DNA of 64,000 nucleotides from an uncultured Clostridia bacterium (GCA_944391815.1 CALXUV010000075.1:920-64919), one strand, 5' to 3'; shown: positions 15,801-25,221, counted from the first letter of the stretch. Translations and numbers: made by a program. The notes: generated from the sequence alone by a model not told the origin.

Positions 15801-16863
15801 CGACAACGTAATCAACCGCCGGCTCAAAACATGCAAATGTTGTTCCGGTGACGTCGTTTCTTATTTCATCAAGGGTGTATCCGAGAGCTATCTTTGTGGT
15901 AACTTTTGCTATCGGGTATCCTGTGGCTTTTGAAGCAAGAGCGGAAGAACGGGAAACACGGGGGTTTACCTCTATTACCGCATATTTCATACTTACCGGA
16001 TCAAGCGCAAACTGACAGTTACATCCGCCCTCAATTCCGAGCTCTGTAATAATATCAAGCGATGCTGCCCTCAGCATACTGTACTCTTTTGTTGAAAGTG
16101 TAACAGCCGGCGCTATAACTATTGAATCTCCTGTGTGAACTCCGACCGGATCAACGTTTTCCATAGAACATACAGCAATAGCGTTTCCGGCAGCATCCCT
16201 CATTGCCTCAAATTCTATTTCTTTCCATCCGTAGATGTATTTTTCGACAAGAACCTGGGTGATCGGAGAAAGCATGAGTCCGTTTTTGGCAATGACTTTA
16301 AGGTCTTCGACGTTATGAGCCACACCGCCGCCGGCTCCTCCAAGCGTAAAAGCCGGACGGATAATTACCGGATAGCCTATATTTTCAGCAATTTCTATTG
16401 CTTTTTCAAGAGTTGTGGCTATATCGGAAGGAATGCACGGCTGTCCTATTTTCTTCATTGTATCACGGAAAAGTTCACGGTCTTCCGCCTTATCTATCGC
16501 TTCTGCATTGGTTCCGAGGAGCCTTACACCGGTCTTTTCAAGAAAGCCTTCTTTATCGAGCTTCATGGCGATGGTAAGTCCCGTCTGACCTCCGAGTCCT
16601 GCAAGCAGACTGTCCGGTTTTTCTTTTTCTATTATTCTCTTTACGGTTTCAACAGTCAGCGGTTCAAGGTAAATATGATCCGCAAGAGCTTTATCCGTCA
16701 TGATTGTAGCCGGATTTGAGTTTACAAGGACAACTTCAATTCCCTCCGCCTTAAGTACACGGCACGCCTGAGCTCCGGCATAATCAAATTCCGCCGCCTG
16801 ACCTATAACGATAGGACCGGAGCCTATCACAAGAACTTTTTTTATTTTTTTATTCTTTGGCAT
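12820..16863 (-). CDS. carB: Carbamoyl-phosphate synthase large subunit fused in frame to diaminopimelate epimerase (CarB-DapF, 1347 aa)
   Basis: Residues 1-1068 are a full CarB, with two ATP-grasp halves and an MGS-like domain ending ...TELVDINAMRTEK. Residues 1069-1347 are a full DapF starting at its own Met (codon at 13659-13657): MTLEFFKMQGSGNDY, SVGNPHCV, ERGNGETYACGTGACAA. No stop codon separates them. Confidence 0.9.
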   Translation of the reverse strand: MPKNKKIKKVLVIGSGPIVIGQAAEFDYAGAQACRVLKAEGIEVVLVNSNPATIMTDKALADHIYLEPLTVETVKRIIEKEKPDSLLAGLGGQTGLTIAMKLDKEGFLEKTGVRLLGTNAEAIDKAEDRELFRDTMKKIGQPCIPSDIATTLEKAIEIAENIGYPVIIRPAFTLGGAGGGVAHNVEDLKVIAKNGLMLSPITQVLVEKYIYGWKEIEFEAMRDAAGNAIAVCSMENVDPVGVHTGDSIVIAPAVTLSTKEYSMLRAASLDIITELGIEGGCNCQFALDPVSMKYAVIEVNPRVSRSSALASKATGYPIAKVTTKIALGYTLDEIRNDVTGTTFACFEPAVDYVVVKFPKWPFDKFVNASRTLGTAMKATVEVMAIAPSFEMAIMKAVRGAEISVDTLNMPSVQQTENIVDQLSHCDDKRLFTIFEALKRGISVDEINRITRIDRWFISKLKNLADYEEEIAGSPLDGDSYIKGKKYGYTDKALERISGYPLPENKNAVYKMVDTCAAEFKAETPYFYSTYDNQCEARAVVNKENDSKRIIVLGSGPIRIGQGIEFDYSSVHCVWALKRLGYEVIIINNNPETVSTDFDTADRLYFEPLTPEDVMNVIKVENPIGVVVAFGGQTAIKLTKFLDEKGIKILGTSADGIDVAEDRQRFDALLEKFAIKRPKGLSVMTEEEALSAAETLGYPVLLRPSYVIGGQNMTIAHTEEDVRRYMKIILAQGIKNPVLIDQYLMGTELEVDVISDGKDVLIPGIMEHIERAGVHSGDSIAVYPPYNLTDKMRHTVVECSTKLALSLGTKGLVNIQYLIYRNELYVIEVNPRASRTVPYISKVTNVPMVDIAAKIMVGGTLEECGYGTGLYKTPPYFAVKVPVFSFEKLSDANSALGPEMKSTGEVLGIGKSLNEAVFKGMLSAGFKLYDHSDNAAKGVFITVSDQDKFEIVKLAKKLDELGMKIYATRGTAREIASLGIDVTVVRNLSKSNEIMELLEGEKLNYIVYTGIGQKKSIEDFIRLHRRATQLGVACLTSLDTANALADIIASRYTEHNTELVDINAMRTEKMTLEFFKMQGSGNDYILLDNYDGKITCPESLALMYTDRHYGIGAEGLVLIEKSDVADSKMRMFNIDGSEGKMAGNCIRCVAKYLYDSGKVRKEYMNIETASGIKEVRVYLSDDKVTSASVRMGKADFKAAEIPVISDNEEVIDQPLKVGDKEYRISCVSVGNPHCVVFCEKVDAVDIENVGPQFEYNKIFPERINTEFVRVVNRNTLKMRVWERGNGETYACGTGACAAVAVACRLGLCDMATDITVKVKGGDLIVNYSEDGLVLTGNAALVYKGQLEF

Positions 16864-16882
16864 AATCTGTGTTTCCTTTCTC

Positions 16883-17950
16883 TTATTTACTCAGCATCGC
16901 GGCGAATTTGCCGTAAAGAATATCTTCGGTATTTGCATTTGAAAAACCTTTTTCCGGCGTAAACTGTACCGAAAACGCTTTTATTTCCGGATATTCAAGA
17001 CCTTCTACCGTTCCGTCGTTGCAGTTTTTATGCGTAACGACTGCTTTTGCCGGCAAAGTCTTTTCGTCAACTGCATATCCGTGGTTCTGAGATGTAATGT
17101 AAACCTTTCCGTCTTTCAGGTTTTTAACAGGCTGGTTTCCGCCTCTGTGACCGTATTTGAGTTTAAATGTATCTGCTCCGCTTGCTATCGCCATAATCTG
17201 ATGTCCGAGAGAAATTCCGAATACAGGAACTTTTCCCATAATATCCGCCACGGTTTTGACCGTTTCGACATTATCTTTCGGATCTCCCGGGCCGTCAGAT
17301 ATAACTATACCGTCCGGATTTGTGCTAAGAATTTTATCTGCCTTCCATGTGCAGGGCACCACAGTAACCGAAAAATTCATGGAAACAAGTTTTGAAACCA
17401 CATTTTTGTAATTTCCGCAGTTGATGACGGTTACATTATACCTTGCTTCTCCGCTTTCCGACTTTTCTTCCGAGTAATCGGCAACAAATGTACTTGCCGA
17501 TTTATCTGAGCGGTAATTTCTGAGTTCCGCAATATCGACTTTTGCCGGATCATCGCAGATAACAGCATTCATTACACCTTGCTCCCTGAGTATCTTTGTA
17601 AGCTCCCTTGTATCGACATCACAGATACCCGGTATTTTCTGTCTCTTCATTTCGGCGTCAATTGTGCCCTCACTGCGGAAATTCGAAGGTGTTTCACACC
17701 ATTCCCTGACCACAAGACCGGCTGCGTTTATTGAATTTCCGTCGGCATCCTCCGTAATCCAGCCATAATTTCCGGTTAGCGGAAACGTCTGCAAAAGAAT
17801 CTGTCCCTGGTAACAAGGATCGGTCAATGCCTCTATGTAACCGACAGCAGATGTTGAAAAAACGAGTTCTCCCGTTACATCCGCTTCGTAGCCGAAACGC
17901 TTTCCTTCGAAAATCATTCCGTTTTCAAGTACAATGTATCCTTTTTTCAT
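16883..17950 (-). CDS. carA: Carbamoyl-phosphate synthase small (glutaminase) subunit
   Basis: 355 aa from ATG 17950 (MKKGYIVLENGMIFEGKRFG), with a GGAAAGAAG RBS region. The track ORF is extended 22 codons upstream and would overlap the preceding gene. GISLGHQ is the class I amidotransferase Cys-elbow equivalent. Confidence 0.9.
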   Translation of the reverse strand: MKKGYIVLENGMIFEGKRFGYEADVTGELVFSTSAVGYIEALTDPCYQGQILLQTFPLTGNYGWITEDADGNSINAAGLVVREWCETPSNFRSEGTIDAEMKRQKIPGICDVDTRELTKILREQGVMNAVICDDPAKVDIAELRNYRSDKSASTFVADYSEEKSESGEARYNVTVINCGNYKNVVSKLVSMNFSVTVVPCTWKADKILSTNPDGIVISDGPGDPKDNVETVKTVADIMGKVPVFGISLGHQIMAIASGADTFKLKYGHRGGNQPVKNLKDGKVYITSQNHGYAVDEKTLPAKAVVTHKNCNDGTVEGLEYPEIKAFSVQFTPEKGFSNANTEDILYGKFAAMLSK

Positions 17951-17981
17951 TATGCTTCTTTCCTTTCGTAAAATCAAATTC

Positions 17982-18629
17982 TTATATGTTTTTCGGTAAC
18001 ACCGTGGAAAGTTCACCGAGATGCAGATACAGGTTATCTTCTATCATTGTAAAATTATTTTCTTCGTCGATATCAATCACTGTAACCGAAGCATTTGCCG
18101 TCCAGCCGATTTCACATGCACGTTCAAACGGAAAGCCAAACGCTTTCAGTCTTGCACATCGTATCGGTGTCGCATGTGTTGTTATGCAAACGCTGAGTCC
18201 CTGATTTTCATTTGCAATTCTCGTAAGCTCCGGAATTATCCGTGCATACAGTTCCTTAAAACTTTCTCCGCCGGTACATCTTGATAATCCGATGTTGTTT
18301 TTCCAGACCGAATAGTCCTTATCATACTCCTTTTCGAGAAGTTTTACCTCTTTGCCTTCCCATTCACCTGCGTATATCTCACGCATCACAGGATCTTCGA
18401 TTATGCTGAGTCCCTTTCTTGACGCTATATGTTCTCCGGTCTGGAAGGCTCTTCTCAGATCACTTGAGTATATCAGATCAACAGGGTATTTGTCAAGAAA
18501 TTCTGCTGTTTTTTCAGCCTGCAAATGTCCTCTTTCGGTAAGCGGAAGATCCGTATGCCCGAGAAATCTTCTGTCCCTGTTTCCTTCACTCTCACCGTGT
18601 CTTACAAGAATCAGTCTGCATTTTGCCAT
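17982..18629 (-). CDS. Histidine phosphatase family protein (phosphoglycerate-mutase-like)
   Basis: 215 aa with the N-terminal catalytic motif LVRHGESEGN, and THATPIR later in the protein. Confidence 0.8.
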   Translation of the reverse strand: MAKCRLILVRHGESEGNRDRRFLGHTDLPLTERGHLQAEKTAEFLDKYPVDLIYSSDLRRAFQTGEHIASRKGLSIIEDPVMREIYAGEWEGKEVKLLEKEYDKDYSVWKNNIGLSRCTGGESFKELYARIIPELTRIANENQGLSVCITTHATPIRCARLKAFGFPFERACEIGWTANASVTVIDIDEENNFTMIEDNLYLHLGELSTVLPKNI

Positions 18630-18699
18630 ATTTCACCCCAGGTATTTTTACGTTTTTTCAGAGATGCAGCCTTGACAGGTTATGCCAAGGCTAACATCT

Positions 18700-19914
18700 T
18701 TATGTACGGTAATCACCGTTTATTTTTACATAGTCATATGTTAGGTCGCATCCGTAAGCTGTTGCGCCGGAATTACCGTCTCCGAGACGCACGTTGATTC
18801 CGATGTCGCTGCAGGAAAGTATTTCCTTGGCTTTCTCCTCGGAAAAATCAACTCCAGCTCCGTTTTCGCAAACAACAATTTCACCGTTTGCGGAAGAAAA
18901 CGAAACACCGACCTTATTTATGTCCGTCTGCGCTCCGCTGTAACCGATTGCGCAAAGGACTCTGCCCCAGTTTGCGTCCGCTCCGAACATCGCCGCTTTG
19001 ACAAGTGACGAACAAATTACGCTTTTAGCTATAATCCGCGCACTCTCTTTGTCGGCAGCTCCGGTTACGTTGCACTCAAGAAGTTTTGTTGCCCCTTCTC
19101 CGTCTTTTGCGATAGCTCTGCACAAAGCCGAAGTAATAAAATTAAGTGCTTTACAGAAAACCGAAAAATCTTCTCCATCGGAATCAATTACCTGATTACC
19201 GGCCAAACCGTTTGCAAGAACGGAAAGCATATCGTTTGTGGATGTATCTCCGTCAACAGAAATCATATTGAAGGTATCAGGAACATCGCTTTTTATGGCT
19301 TTTTTCAGCATTTCGGGAGTTATTGCACAGTCGGTAGTGATAAATACCAGCATGGTTGCCATGTTCGGATGTATCATACCGGAACCCTTGGCTATACCTC
19401 CTATACGGCATTTCTTTCCTGAAATTTCAAATTCGGTGGCAACTTCTTTAAGCACTGTGTCTGTTGTCATTATAGCATTCGCTGCATTAGAACTGCCGTT
19501 TTCACTGAGTCTTTCCGTCAGCTCCTGAAGTCCGCCGGCAATAGGAGTAATATCAAGCGGCTGTCCTATAACTCCTGTTGAAGCGACTATTACGTCTTTT
19601 TCGCTTATTCCGGTGTGCTTTTCGACCAGTTTGCACATCTCGGTTGCAATTTCGATTCCGTTTGCATTACAGGTATTGGCATTACCGCTGTTACAAATTA
19701 TTGCACGGGCATATCCGTCAGCTATATTGTTTGCAGTCACTGTTATCGGTGCGCCTTTTACAAGGTTAGTTGTATAAATACTTGCAGCCGCCGCTTTAAC
19801 GTCACTGACGATCAGAGCAAGATCCTTCTTGCTTTTGTTTTTTCTGATTCCGCAGTGTATTCCTGACGCCCTGAAACCTTTTGCTGCGCAGACACCGCCT
19901 TCAATATATTCCAT
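18700..19914 (-). CDS. argJ: Bifunctional ornithine acetyltransferase/N-acetylglutamate synthase
   Basis: 404 aa with the autoprocessing-site context HPNMATMLVFITTD typical of ArgJ. Confidence 0.9.
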   Translation of the reverse strand: MEYIEGGVCAAKGFRASGIHCGIRKNKSKKDLALIVSDVKAAAASIYTTNLVKGAPITVTANNIADGYARAIICNSGNANTCNANGIEIATEMCKLVEKHTGISEKDVIVASTGVIGQPLDITPIAGGLQELTERLSENGSSNAANAIMTTDTVLKEVATEFEISGKKCRIGGIAKGSGMIHPNMATMLVFITTDCAITPEMLKKAIKSDVPDTFNMISVDGDTSTNDMLSVLANGLAGNQVIDSDGEDFSVFCKALNFITSALCRAIAKDGEGATKLLECNVTGAADKESARIIAKSVICSSLVKAAMFGADANWGRVLCAIGYSGAQTDINKVGVSFSSANGEIVVCENGAGVDFSEEKAKEILSCSDIGINVRLGDGNSGATAYGCDLTYDYVKINGDYRT

Positions 19915-19933
19915 AATTTCGCCTTCCGTTACA

Positions 19934-21175
19934 TCAGTTTTTGTTTTTCTTCATGTCGATTGTGGCTTTTACTTTGATGGGCAGTCCGAAAAGGTTAATG
20001 AAACCTTCGGAATCCTTCTGATTATAAACATGGTCTTCGTCAAAAGTTGCGATCTCTTCACTGTAAAGTGAGTACGGAGATTTGACACCGGCGTTTATCA
20101 TATTGCCTTTGTACAGGCAAAGTGTCACATCACCGGTTACATTCTCCTGAGTTTTATCAACAAATGCCGAGAGTGCTTCACGGAGCGGAGTAAACCACTG
20201 ACCGTTGTAAACCAGTTCGGCAAACTTTACTGCTACCAATTCCTTATAGTGCTGTGTTTCCTTATCGAGTGTAATGGTTTCAAGCACCTGATGAGCGCGG
20301 TAAAGAATTGTTCCGCCCGGAGTTTCGTATACTCCCCTGCTCTTCATTCCTACAAGTCTGTTTTCAACGAGATCAGCTATTCCGATTCCGTTTTCACCGC
20401 CGATCTTGTTGAGTTTTGCTATGATTCCTGCGGGGCTGAGTTTTTCACCGTCAACCGATACCGGCTCTCCTTTTTCAAAGTGAATTGTAACAAAAGTCTT
20501 TTTGTCGGGAGCCTTGAAAGGAGAAACTCCGAGTTCAAGGAAACCTTCCTTATCATACATCGGCATATTTTCCGGATTTTCAAGGTCAAGTCCTTCATGA
20601 GAAAGATGCCAGAGGTTCTTATCCTTAGAATAATTGGTTTCTCTGTTTATCTTGAGCGGTACGTTGTGAGCTTCGGCGTACTCTATCTCTTCTTCTCTCG
20701 ACTTTATATTCCACTCTCTCCACGGAGCTATTATCTTCATATCGGGAGCAAAAGCCTTGATAGTAAGTTCAAATCTTACCTGATCGTTTCCTTTACCGGT
20801 ACAACCGTGGCAGATAGCATCTGCACCTTCAGCTTTGGCTATCTCGACAATTCTCTTCGCAATTACAGGTCTTGCAAATGATGTTCCGAGAAGATAGTCG
20901 CCCTCGTATTTTGCTCCGGCCTTCATTGTCGGGAAAATATAGTCCTTTACAAACTCTTCCTTCAAATCCTCAATATAGAGTTTTGACGCACCGGTTTTGA
21001 TAGCCTTTTCTTCGAGACCATCAAGCTCGGTTCCCTGTCCTACGTCACCGGAAACAGCAACAACCTCGCAGTTATCGTAGTTTTCTTTGAGCCACGGTAT
21101 GATTATCGAAGTGTCAAGTCCTCCGGAGTAGGCAAGCACAACTTTTTTTACTGATTTTTTATCCATTTTTTCCAT
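19934..21175 (-). CDS. argG: Argininosuccinate synthase
   Basis: 413 aa with the N-terminal PP-loop [11 protein letters not shown]. The true start may be the Met three codons downstream (21166). Confidence 0.9.
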   Translation of the reverse strand: MEKMDKKSVKKVVLAYSGGLDTSIIIPWLKENYDNCEVVAVSGDVGQGTELDGLEEKAIKTGASKLYIEDLKEEFVKDYIFPTMKAGAKYEGDYLLGTSFARPVIAKRIVEIAKAEGADAICHGCTGKGNDQVRFELTIKAFAPDMKIIAPWREWNIKSREEEIEYAEAHNVPLKINRETNYSKDKNLWHLSHEGLDLENPENMPMYDKEGFLELGVSPFKAPDKKTFVTIHFEKGEPVSVDGEKLSPAGIIAKLNKIGGENGIGIADLVENRLVGMKSRGVYETPGGTILYRAHQVLETITLDKETQHYKELVAVKFAELVYNGQWFTPLREALSAFVDKTQENVTGDVTLCLYKGNMINAGVKSPYSLYSEEIATFDEDHVYNQKDSEGFINLFGLPIKVKATIDMKKNKN

Positions 21176-21202
21176 CCCGCTTTCCGTTGTTATTCAATAC
21201 TT

Positions 21203-21220
21203 TATGAATTATTATACAAT
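21203..21220. promoter_or_regulatory. ARG box (ArgR/AhrC operator-like)
   Basis: TATGAATTATTATACAAT matches all but one of the defined positions of the 18-nt consensus TNTGAATWWWWATTCANW (single mismatch at position 14). It lies 28 nt upstream of the argG start, with a weaker half-site at 21181-21198. Confidence 0.6.
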
Positions 21221-21560
21221 TATTTTTCGATTTGTCAAGTGTTTTGCCGAATTTAGATTACTTTTTTTACAATTTCAGTCAAATTAACATATTTACTTGT
21301 CTGAAAGCAATTTGACTTGTTTAATTTTTCTTTCCGAAAATGTATTTTTATTACACTTATATTGCATAAACACACAATTGTAAACTTTGTGTTCATATTT
21401 CGATTTCAAACTAACCCGTAATCAGTCAAATTTCAAAATTCAACATAAAACAGTCCGATTTTGAAAAAAACCGCAATTTTCTATTGCAATCAGCAATATT
21501 TTGTGCTATAATGTAACCGCTTTAAAACAAACCAACAGACATTGAAACGAGGTTAAACAA

Positions 21561-22718
21561 ATGAATTCATTTTGTGAAAATCCGGTCGAAGCCCTTAAAC
21601 TCCAGAAAGTCAAAGGCGAGCGAATCCAGCCGCATCTGCACACATCTTCGGAAATTCTTTACATGGAGAGCGGTTCGGCTTCCCTTACAATGGGAACGCT
21701 GGAATACAGTATTTCCAAAGGCGATTTTGTCTTTATAATGCCCGGATTTTTACACTGCGTTACACCGTCTGAAAACGACACCTCGGTTTACGTTATAAAT
21801 ATAAAAAATGAAATCATTCCTGAGGTAATCAAGCGCCACAGCGGACTTAAACCGGCTTCTCCGGTTTTGAAAGCAATGGATGTTCCGGATTTACTTAAAT
21901 ATTCACTTACTTGCCTTTCAACGGAAAAAGACAAAAACATTGCTTACAGCCTGGCAAATCTTATAACTACAACAATCGCTGCAAATCTTCGCTTTGCCGA
22001 GGTGCATGACGGGGCTACCTCAGATCTTTCAAACAGAGTTCTTACATACCTGAGCACTCATTTCAGAGAGCAGATAACGCTTGAAACACTTGCCGAAGCA
22101 ATGAACGTAAGCCGCTTTCATCTTTCTCATCTCTTCTCCAACAAACTCGGTATAGGTTTCAAAGAATACCTCAACAATTTGCGCGTCGAATGTGCAAAAA
22201 GCATACTTCGTTCAACCGATATACCGGTGTCGGAAATCTATGCGACCTGCGGCTTTGACAATCAGAGGACTTTTAACAGAGTTTTCAGGGACTCCACCGG
22301 ACATTCTCCAAGAAATTTCAGAATCGGCAGGGACGAGTTTGTTATGCCGGTAAATAAACCGTTGCCGGTTGATACCGGAGCAGATTTCGATACAGATATT
22401 TCTGTCGGAATTTTGCCGGACGAGCAGGCAGAACTTTCAGATACTGAAATCAGAGTTGAAAAATTAAATGAAGAAAATTCCGTTAAAAGAAGAAAAAGCA
22501 GTAAAACTTCCCGTAAAAGTAAAAATCCCACTATAGAAAGTTCTGTCGAAACTTCTGATGAAACAATTATAAAATATCCTGCAGAGGAAGCTTCAGACAA
22601 AACTCCTGATATCATCAGGCTATCGGAAGATACCGTAACGAAGGAAAGTGTTGACTACTCAACTCAAAACAGTGCAAACCGCAAAAGAAAAAAGAATGAT
22701 GGAGTCTGGCTGCTGTGA
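21561..22718 (+). CDS. AraC-family transcriptional regulator (cupin N-domain, HTH) with a roughly 120-aa low-complexity C-terminal tail
   Basis: 385 aa with a GAGGT RBS. It has a cupin-like N-terminus and an AraC HTH (ETLAEAMNVSRFHLSHLFS...RTFNRVFRDSTGHSPRNFR). A Ser/Glu/Lys/Thr-rich tail runs to the stop. Confidence 0.85.
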   Translation: MNSFCENPVEALKLQKVKGERIQPHLHTSSEILYMESGSASLTMGTLEYSISKGDFVFIMPGFLHCVTPSENDTSVYVINIKNEIIPEVIKRHSGLKPASPVLKAMDVPDLLKYSLTCLSTEKDKNIAYSLANLITTTIAANLRFAEVHDGATSDLSNRVLTYLSTHFREQITLETLAEAMNVSRFHLSHLFSNKLGIGFKEYLNNLRVECAKSILRSTDIPVSEIYATCGFDNQRTFNRVFRDSTGHSPRNFRIGRDEFVMPVNKPLPVDTGADFDTDISVGILPDEQAELSDTEIRVEKLNEENSVKRRKSSKTSRKSKNPTIESSVETSDETIIKYPAEEASDKTPDIIRLSEDTVTKESVDYSTQNSANRKRKKNDGVWLL

Positions 22719-22808
22719 AGTACTGAATCATTTTTCAGTTTTCAAGCTTGAAGTTCTCTCAGAAATCATTCGCTTTAATTTATGATTTTTAAAATTTATT
22801 AAGAAAAA

Positions 22809-22841
22809 GCCAAGGTCGATTACCGTTGACCTCGGCTTTTT
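22809..22841 (+). terminator. Terminator after the AraC gene
   Basis: GCCAAGGTC-loop-GACCTCGGC (one mismatch) is followed by TTTTT. Confidence 0.6.
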
Positions 22842-23203
22842 GATTTTAATTCAAACTGTGTCACAACCCAAATTTATCGGCTTTTTTACTAACACAGAGT
22901 TGTTATCGAGCGCTGAAAAAATTTTTTTAAGCAAGATTCATCATTATTTATCCAAACACAAAAACATTGCTCTATTGTAAAGGAAAGGCGTACGAAATTT
23001 CTCTTACTATTACAAAATGGAAATGAATCGCCGGAAAAACAATCAAGTCAGTTTTGTTCCGGATACTGAACGTTTCATATTACTCGTCGGTATAAAATTT
23101 TTGACCATTACGGTAAATTATCTTCAGCAAAATTCTTTCATTATCTTCTGAGCGTCTTTTTCAGTCATGGTATCGAGTGAAATGTCCTTATTTCTGCATG
23201 TTT

Positions 23204-24274
23204 TCAGTACTTGCCGAGCTCCAGCCCTTTCTCAATGAAATAGCAGTAGCTGTCGTAATCAACTGTTTTTGGTATCGAGTGATCGCTGTGGAGTACGTAG
23301 TTAAAGCCCTGCTTGACGGTCGGAATTTTACTTTCAAGTTCTCTTAGTATAATTTCTTTGTCGTTTGAATACAAAGTTCTGACATCTATTCCGCCCATAA
23401 AGCAGATTTTGTCACCGTAAAGCTTATGAAGTTTGAGCAGATCCATACCGGCTTTGATTTCTATTACCTGAAGACAGTCTATACCTGCTTCTATAATTCC
23501 CGGAACCAAAGGCTCTACAAATCCGCAGGAATGCATAATTACCGGCATATTGTGGCTTTTGGCGTAGTCAATAGTATATTTATGCCACGGTTTTATCATT
23601 TCGTCGTACATCTGAGGAGACATGAACGGACTTCCCTTATATCCCATATCCTCATAATACCAGATTCCGTCCGGATATCCTTCTTTTTCGAAAAGTATCT
23701 TCTGAAGTTCGACTATTAGTTTTGCATAAGTCTCCGCCATGTCAGAAACCCAATCCGGATCAAGTGCCATTCCGACAAGCATATTTTCATGACCGCACAC
23801 CGGATGTATTGACTCGAACACATTAACTCCGCTCAGCACAAAAAATCTTCCGGCTTTTTCAGCGGCTCTCTTGGCATTCCGGTAGCCTTCAAAGTTTATA
23901 CGTCTCGGATCCGGAGTAAGCAGCGGTTTTATCTTCTCCCAGTCTTCCCTGTCTGTAACGTTGAATTTGATATGCTCGGGTGTTGCATCATGTTTTTTAT
24001 GTCTTCTTAGCGTCGCCCCGTTGCCGTCAAGGTATGTAATTGTGTCTTCGGTTTCGGCGACCGTCTGCCTGACAAAATCAAGATCCGCAACAAGATTGAA
24101 TGCCCAGAATTCGCTCATATCAAACCCGAAATGATCCTCAAAAGACTCGCCGTCTTTTAAGTAACCCTGAGAATGCCATGTTTTATAAGTATCTCCCCAG
24201 AAATGCTCGTAGAGTCCTATTCTGTCCACCGGTTCATGTTCAAGAATTTTTATCATTCTTTCTTTTCCAGTCAT
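23204..24274 (-). CDS. Uroporphyrinogen decarboxylase (URO-D) family protein, MtaA/CmuA-like
   Basis: 356 aa. The overall pattern (PVDRIGLYEHFWGDT ... PVIMHSCGFVEPLVPGIIEAGIDCLQVIE) is typical of URO-D-fold methyltransferase-like proteins. Substrate unknown. Confidence 0.65.
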   Translation of the reverse strand: MTGKERMIKILEHEPVDRIGLYEHFWGDTYKTWHSQGYLKDGESFEDHFGFDMSEFWAFNLVADLDFVRQTVAETEDTITYLDGNGATLRRHKKHDATPEHIKFNVTDREDWEKIKPLLTPDPRRINFEGYRNAKRAAEKAGRFFVLSGVNVFESIHPVCGHENMLVGMALDPDWVSDMAETYAKLIVELQKILFEKEGYPDGIWYYEDMGYKGSPFMSPQMYDEMIKPWHKYTIDYAKSHNMPVIMHSCGFVEPLVPGIIEAGIDCLQVIEIKAGMDLLKLHKLYGDKICFMGGIDVRTLYSNDKEIILRELESKIPTVKQGFNYVLHSDHSIPKTVDYDSYCYFIEKGLELGKY

Positions 24275-24375
24275 ACCGTAAATCCTCCCGTATGATTTTT
24301 ATGAAGTGAGTATATCATAAATACAGAGCTTTTTCTATAACAAAAGTATAGAAAACAGTACAAAAGTAACTTAAT

Positions 24376-25221
24376 TTATTTAACATCCAGCATTTTCCGA
24401 TAGGCAGACGGAGTCATTCCGGTTTTTGCCTTGAAAATCCTTGAAAAAAATGCTCCGTCGTCATACCCGCAAGCTGCTCCTACTTCCCCTATCGGTATTG
24501 TTGTTATGCTGAGCAGGTTTTTAGCTTTTTCGATTCTGAGACTTGTAATCATATTACCGGGTGTTGTTCCGGTCTCAGCAGAAAACCTTCTGTGAAAAAA
24601 TGCTTTGCTCATTCCTACCTCTTTTGCTATCTCATCAACGCTCAGATGTTCAAAATAGCATTTTCTTATTTTTTCAACAGCTTTTCTTATTGCATACGTG
24701 CTTCCGGAAAGTTTCTGATCGGATATTTCGGTAAATATCTCCGAAAAAAGGAAATACAGCGAAGATCTTACTCTGAATTCCGCAAGATCGTTTTTGCTCA
24801 GCTGGTTTTGAAGTATACTTTCAAACAGACCTTCCACAAGGTCCGGTTTACTTACCTTCAATCTGTCGGGCAGTGAAGATATAAGAGGATTATCATATCT
24901 TTCCTGTGCTTCTTCGGCACTTCCGAATGAATATCCCGGGTTTCTGCTTGAATTACCCATAAGATCAACACAAATTATGTAGCATTCGTAGGGCGGTACT
25001 CCCTGCACAATCTGTCCCGGTTTTCTTATGTTTATTTCACCCGGCTGGAACCTGGTCATATTTCCGTCTATTATTATGCCGCCGTCGCATCCGGTGTAAT
25101 ATTCAAGTTCGTAATCATAAACCATCCGCTTTGCAAACTGCATTTCGTCCGGTTGGCTGTATGATGAAAAATACGATGCCCGCAAAAGAACCGGGCTTAA
25201 AAACAATGTCGGTAATTTCAT
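24376..25221 (-). CDS. AraC-family transcriptional regulator
   Basis: 281 aa with a C-terminal AraC HTH (LSVDEIAKEVGMSKAFFHRRFS...GAFFSRIFKAKTGMTPSAYRK). Confidence 0.85.
   Translation of the reverse strand: MKLPTLFLSPVLLRASYFSSYSQPDEMQFAKRMVYDYELEYYTGCDGGIIIDGNMTRFQPGEINIRKPGQIVQGVPPYECYIICVDLMGNSSRNPGYSFGSAEEAQERYDNPLISSLPDRLKVSKPDLVEGLFESILQNQLSKNDLAEFRVRSSLYFLFSEIFTEISDQKLSGSTYAIRKAVEKIRKCYFEHLSVDEIAKEVGMSKAFFHRRFSAETGTTPGNMITSLRIEKAKNLLSITTIPIGEVGAACGYDDGAFFSRIFKAKTGMTPSAYRKMLDVK

Noticed and set aside
14485-16719. Long plus-strand ORFs (239 aa and 194 aa) inside carB
   Set aside because: They are antisense shadows of a highly conserved gene, with no RBS and no recognisable motifs.
23100-23203. 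14-codon minus-strand ORF (MTEKDAQKIMKEFC) just downstream of the URO-D-family gene, possibly a remnant of a corrinoid protein
   Set aside because: It is too short to assign. The idea rests only on typical MtaA/MtaC gene pairing, with no supporting sequence similarity that I can verify.
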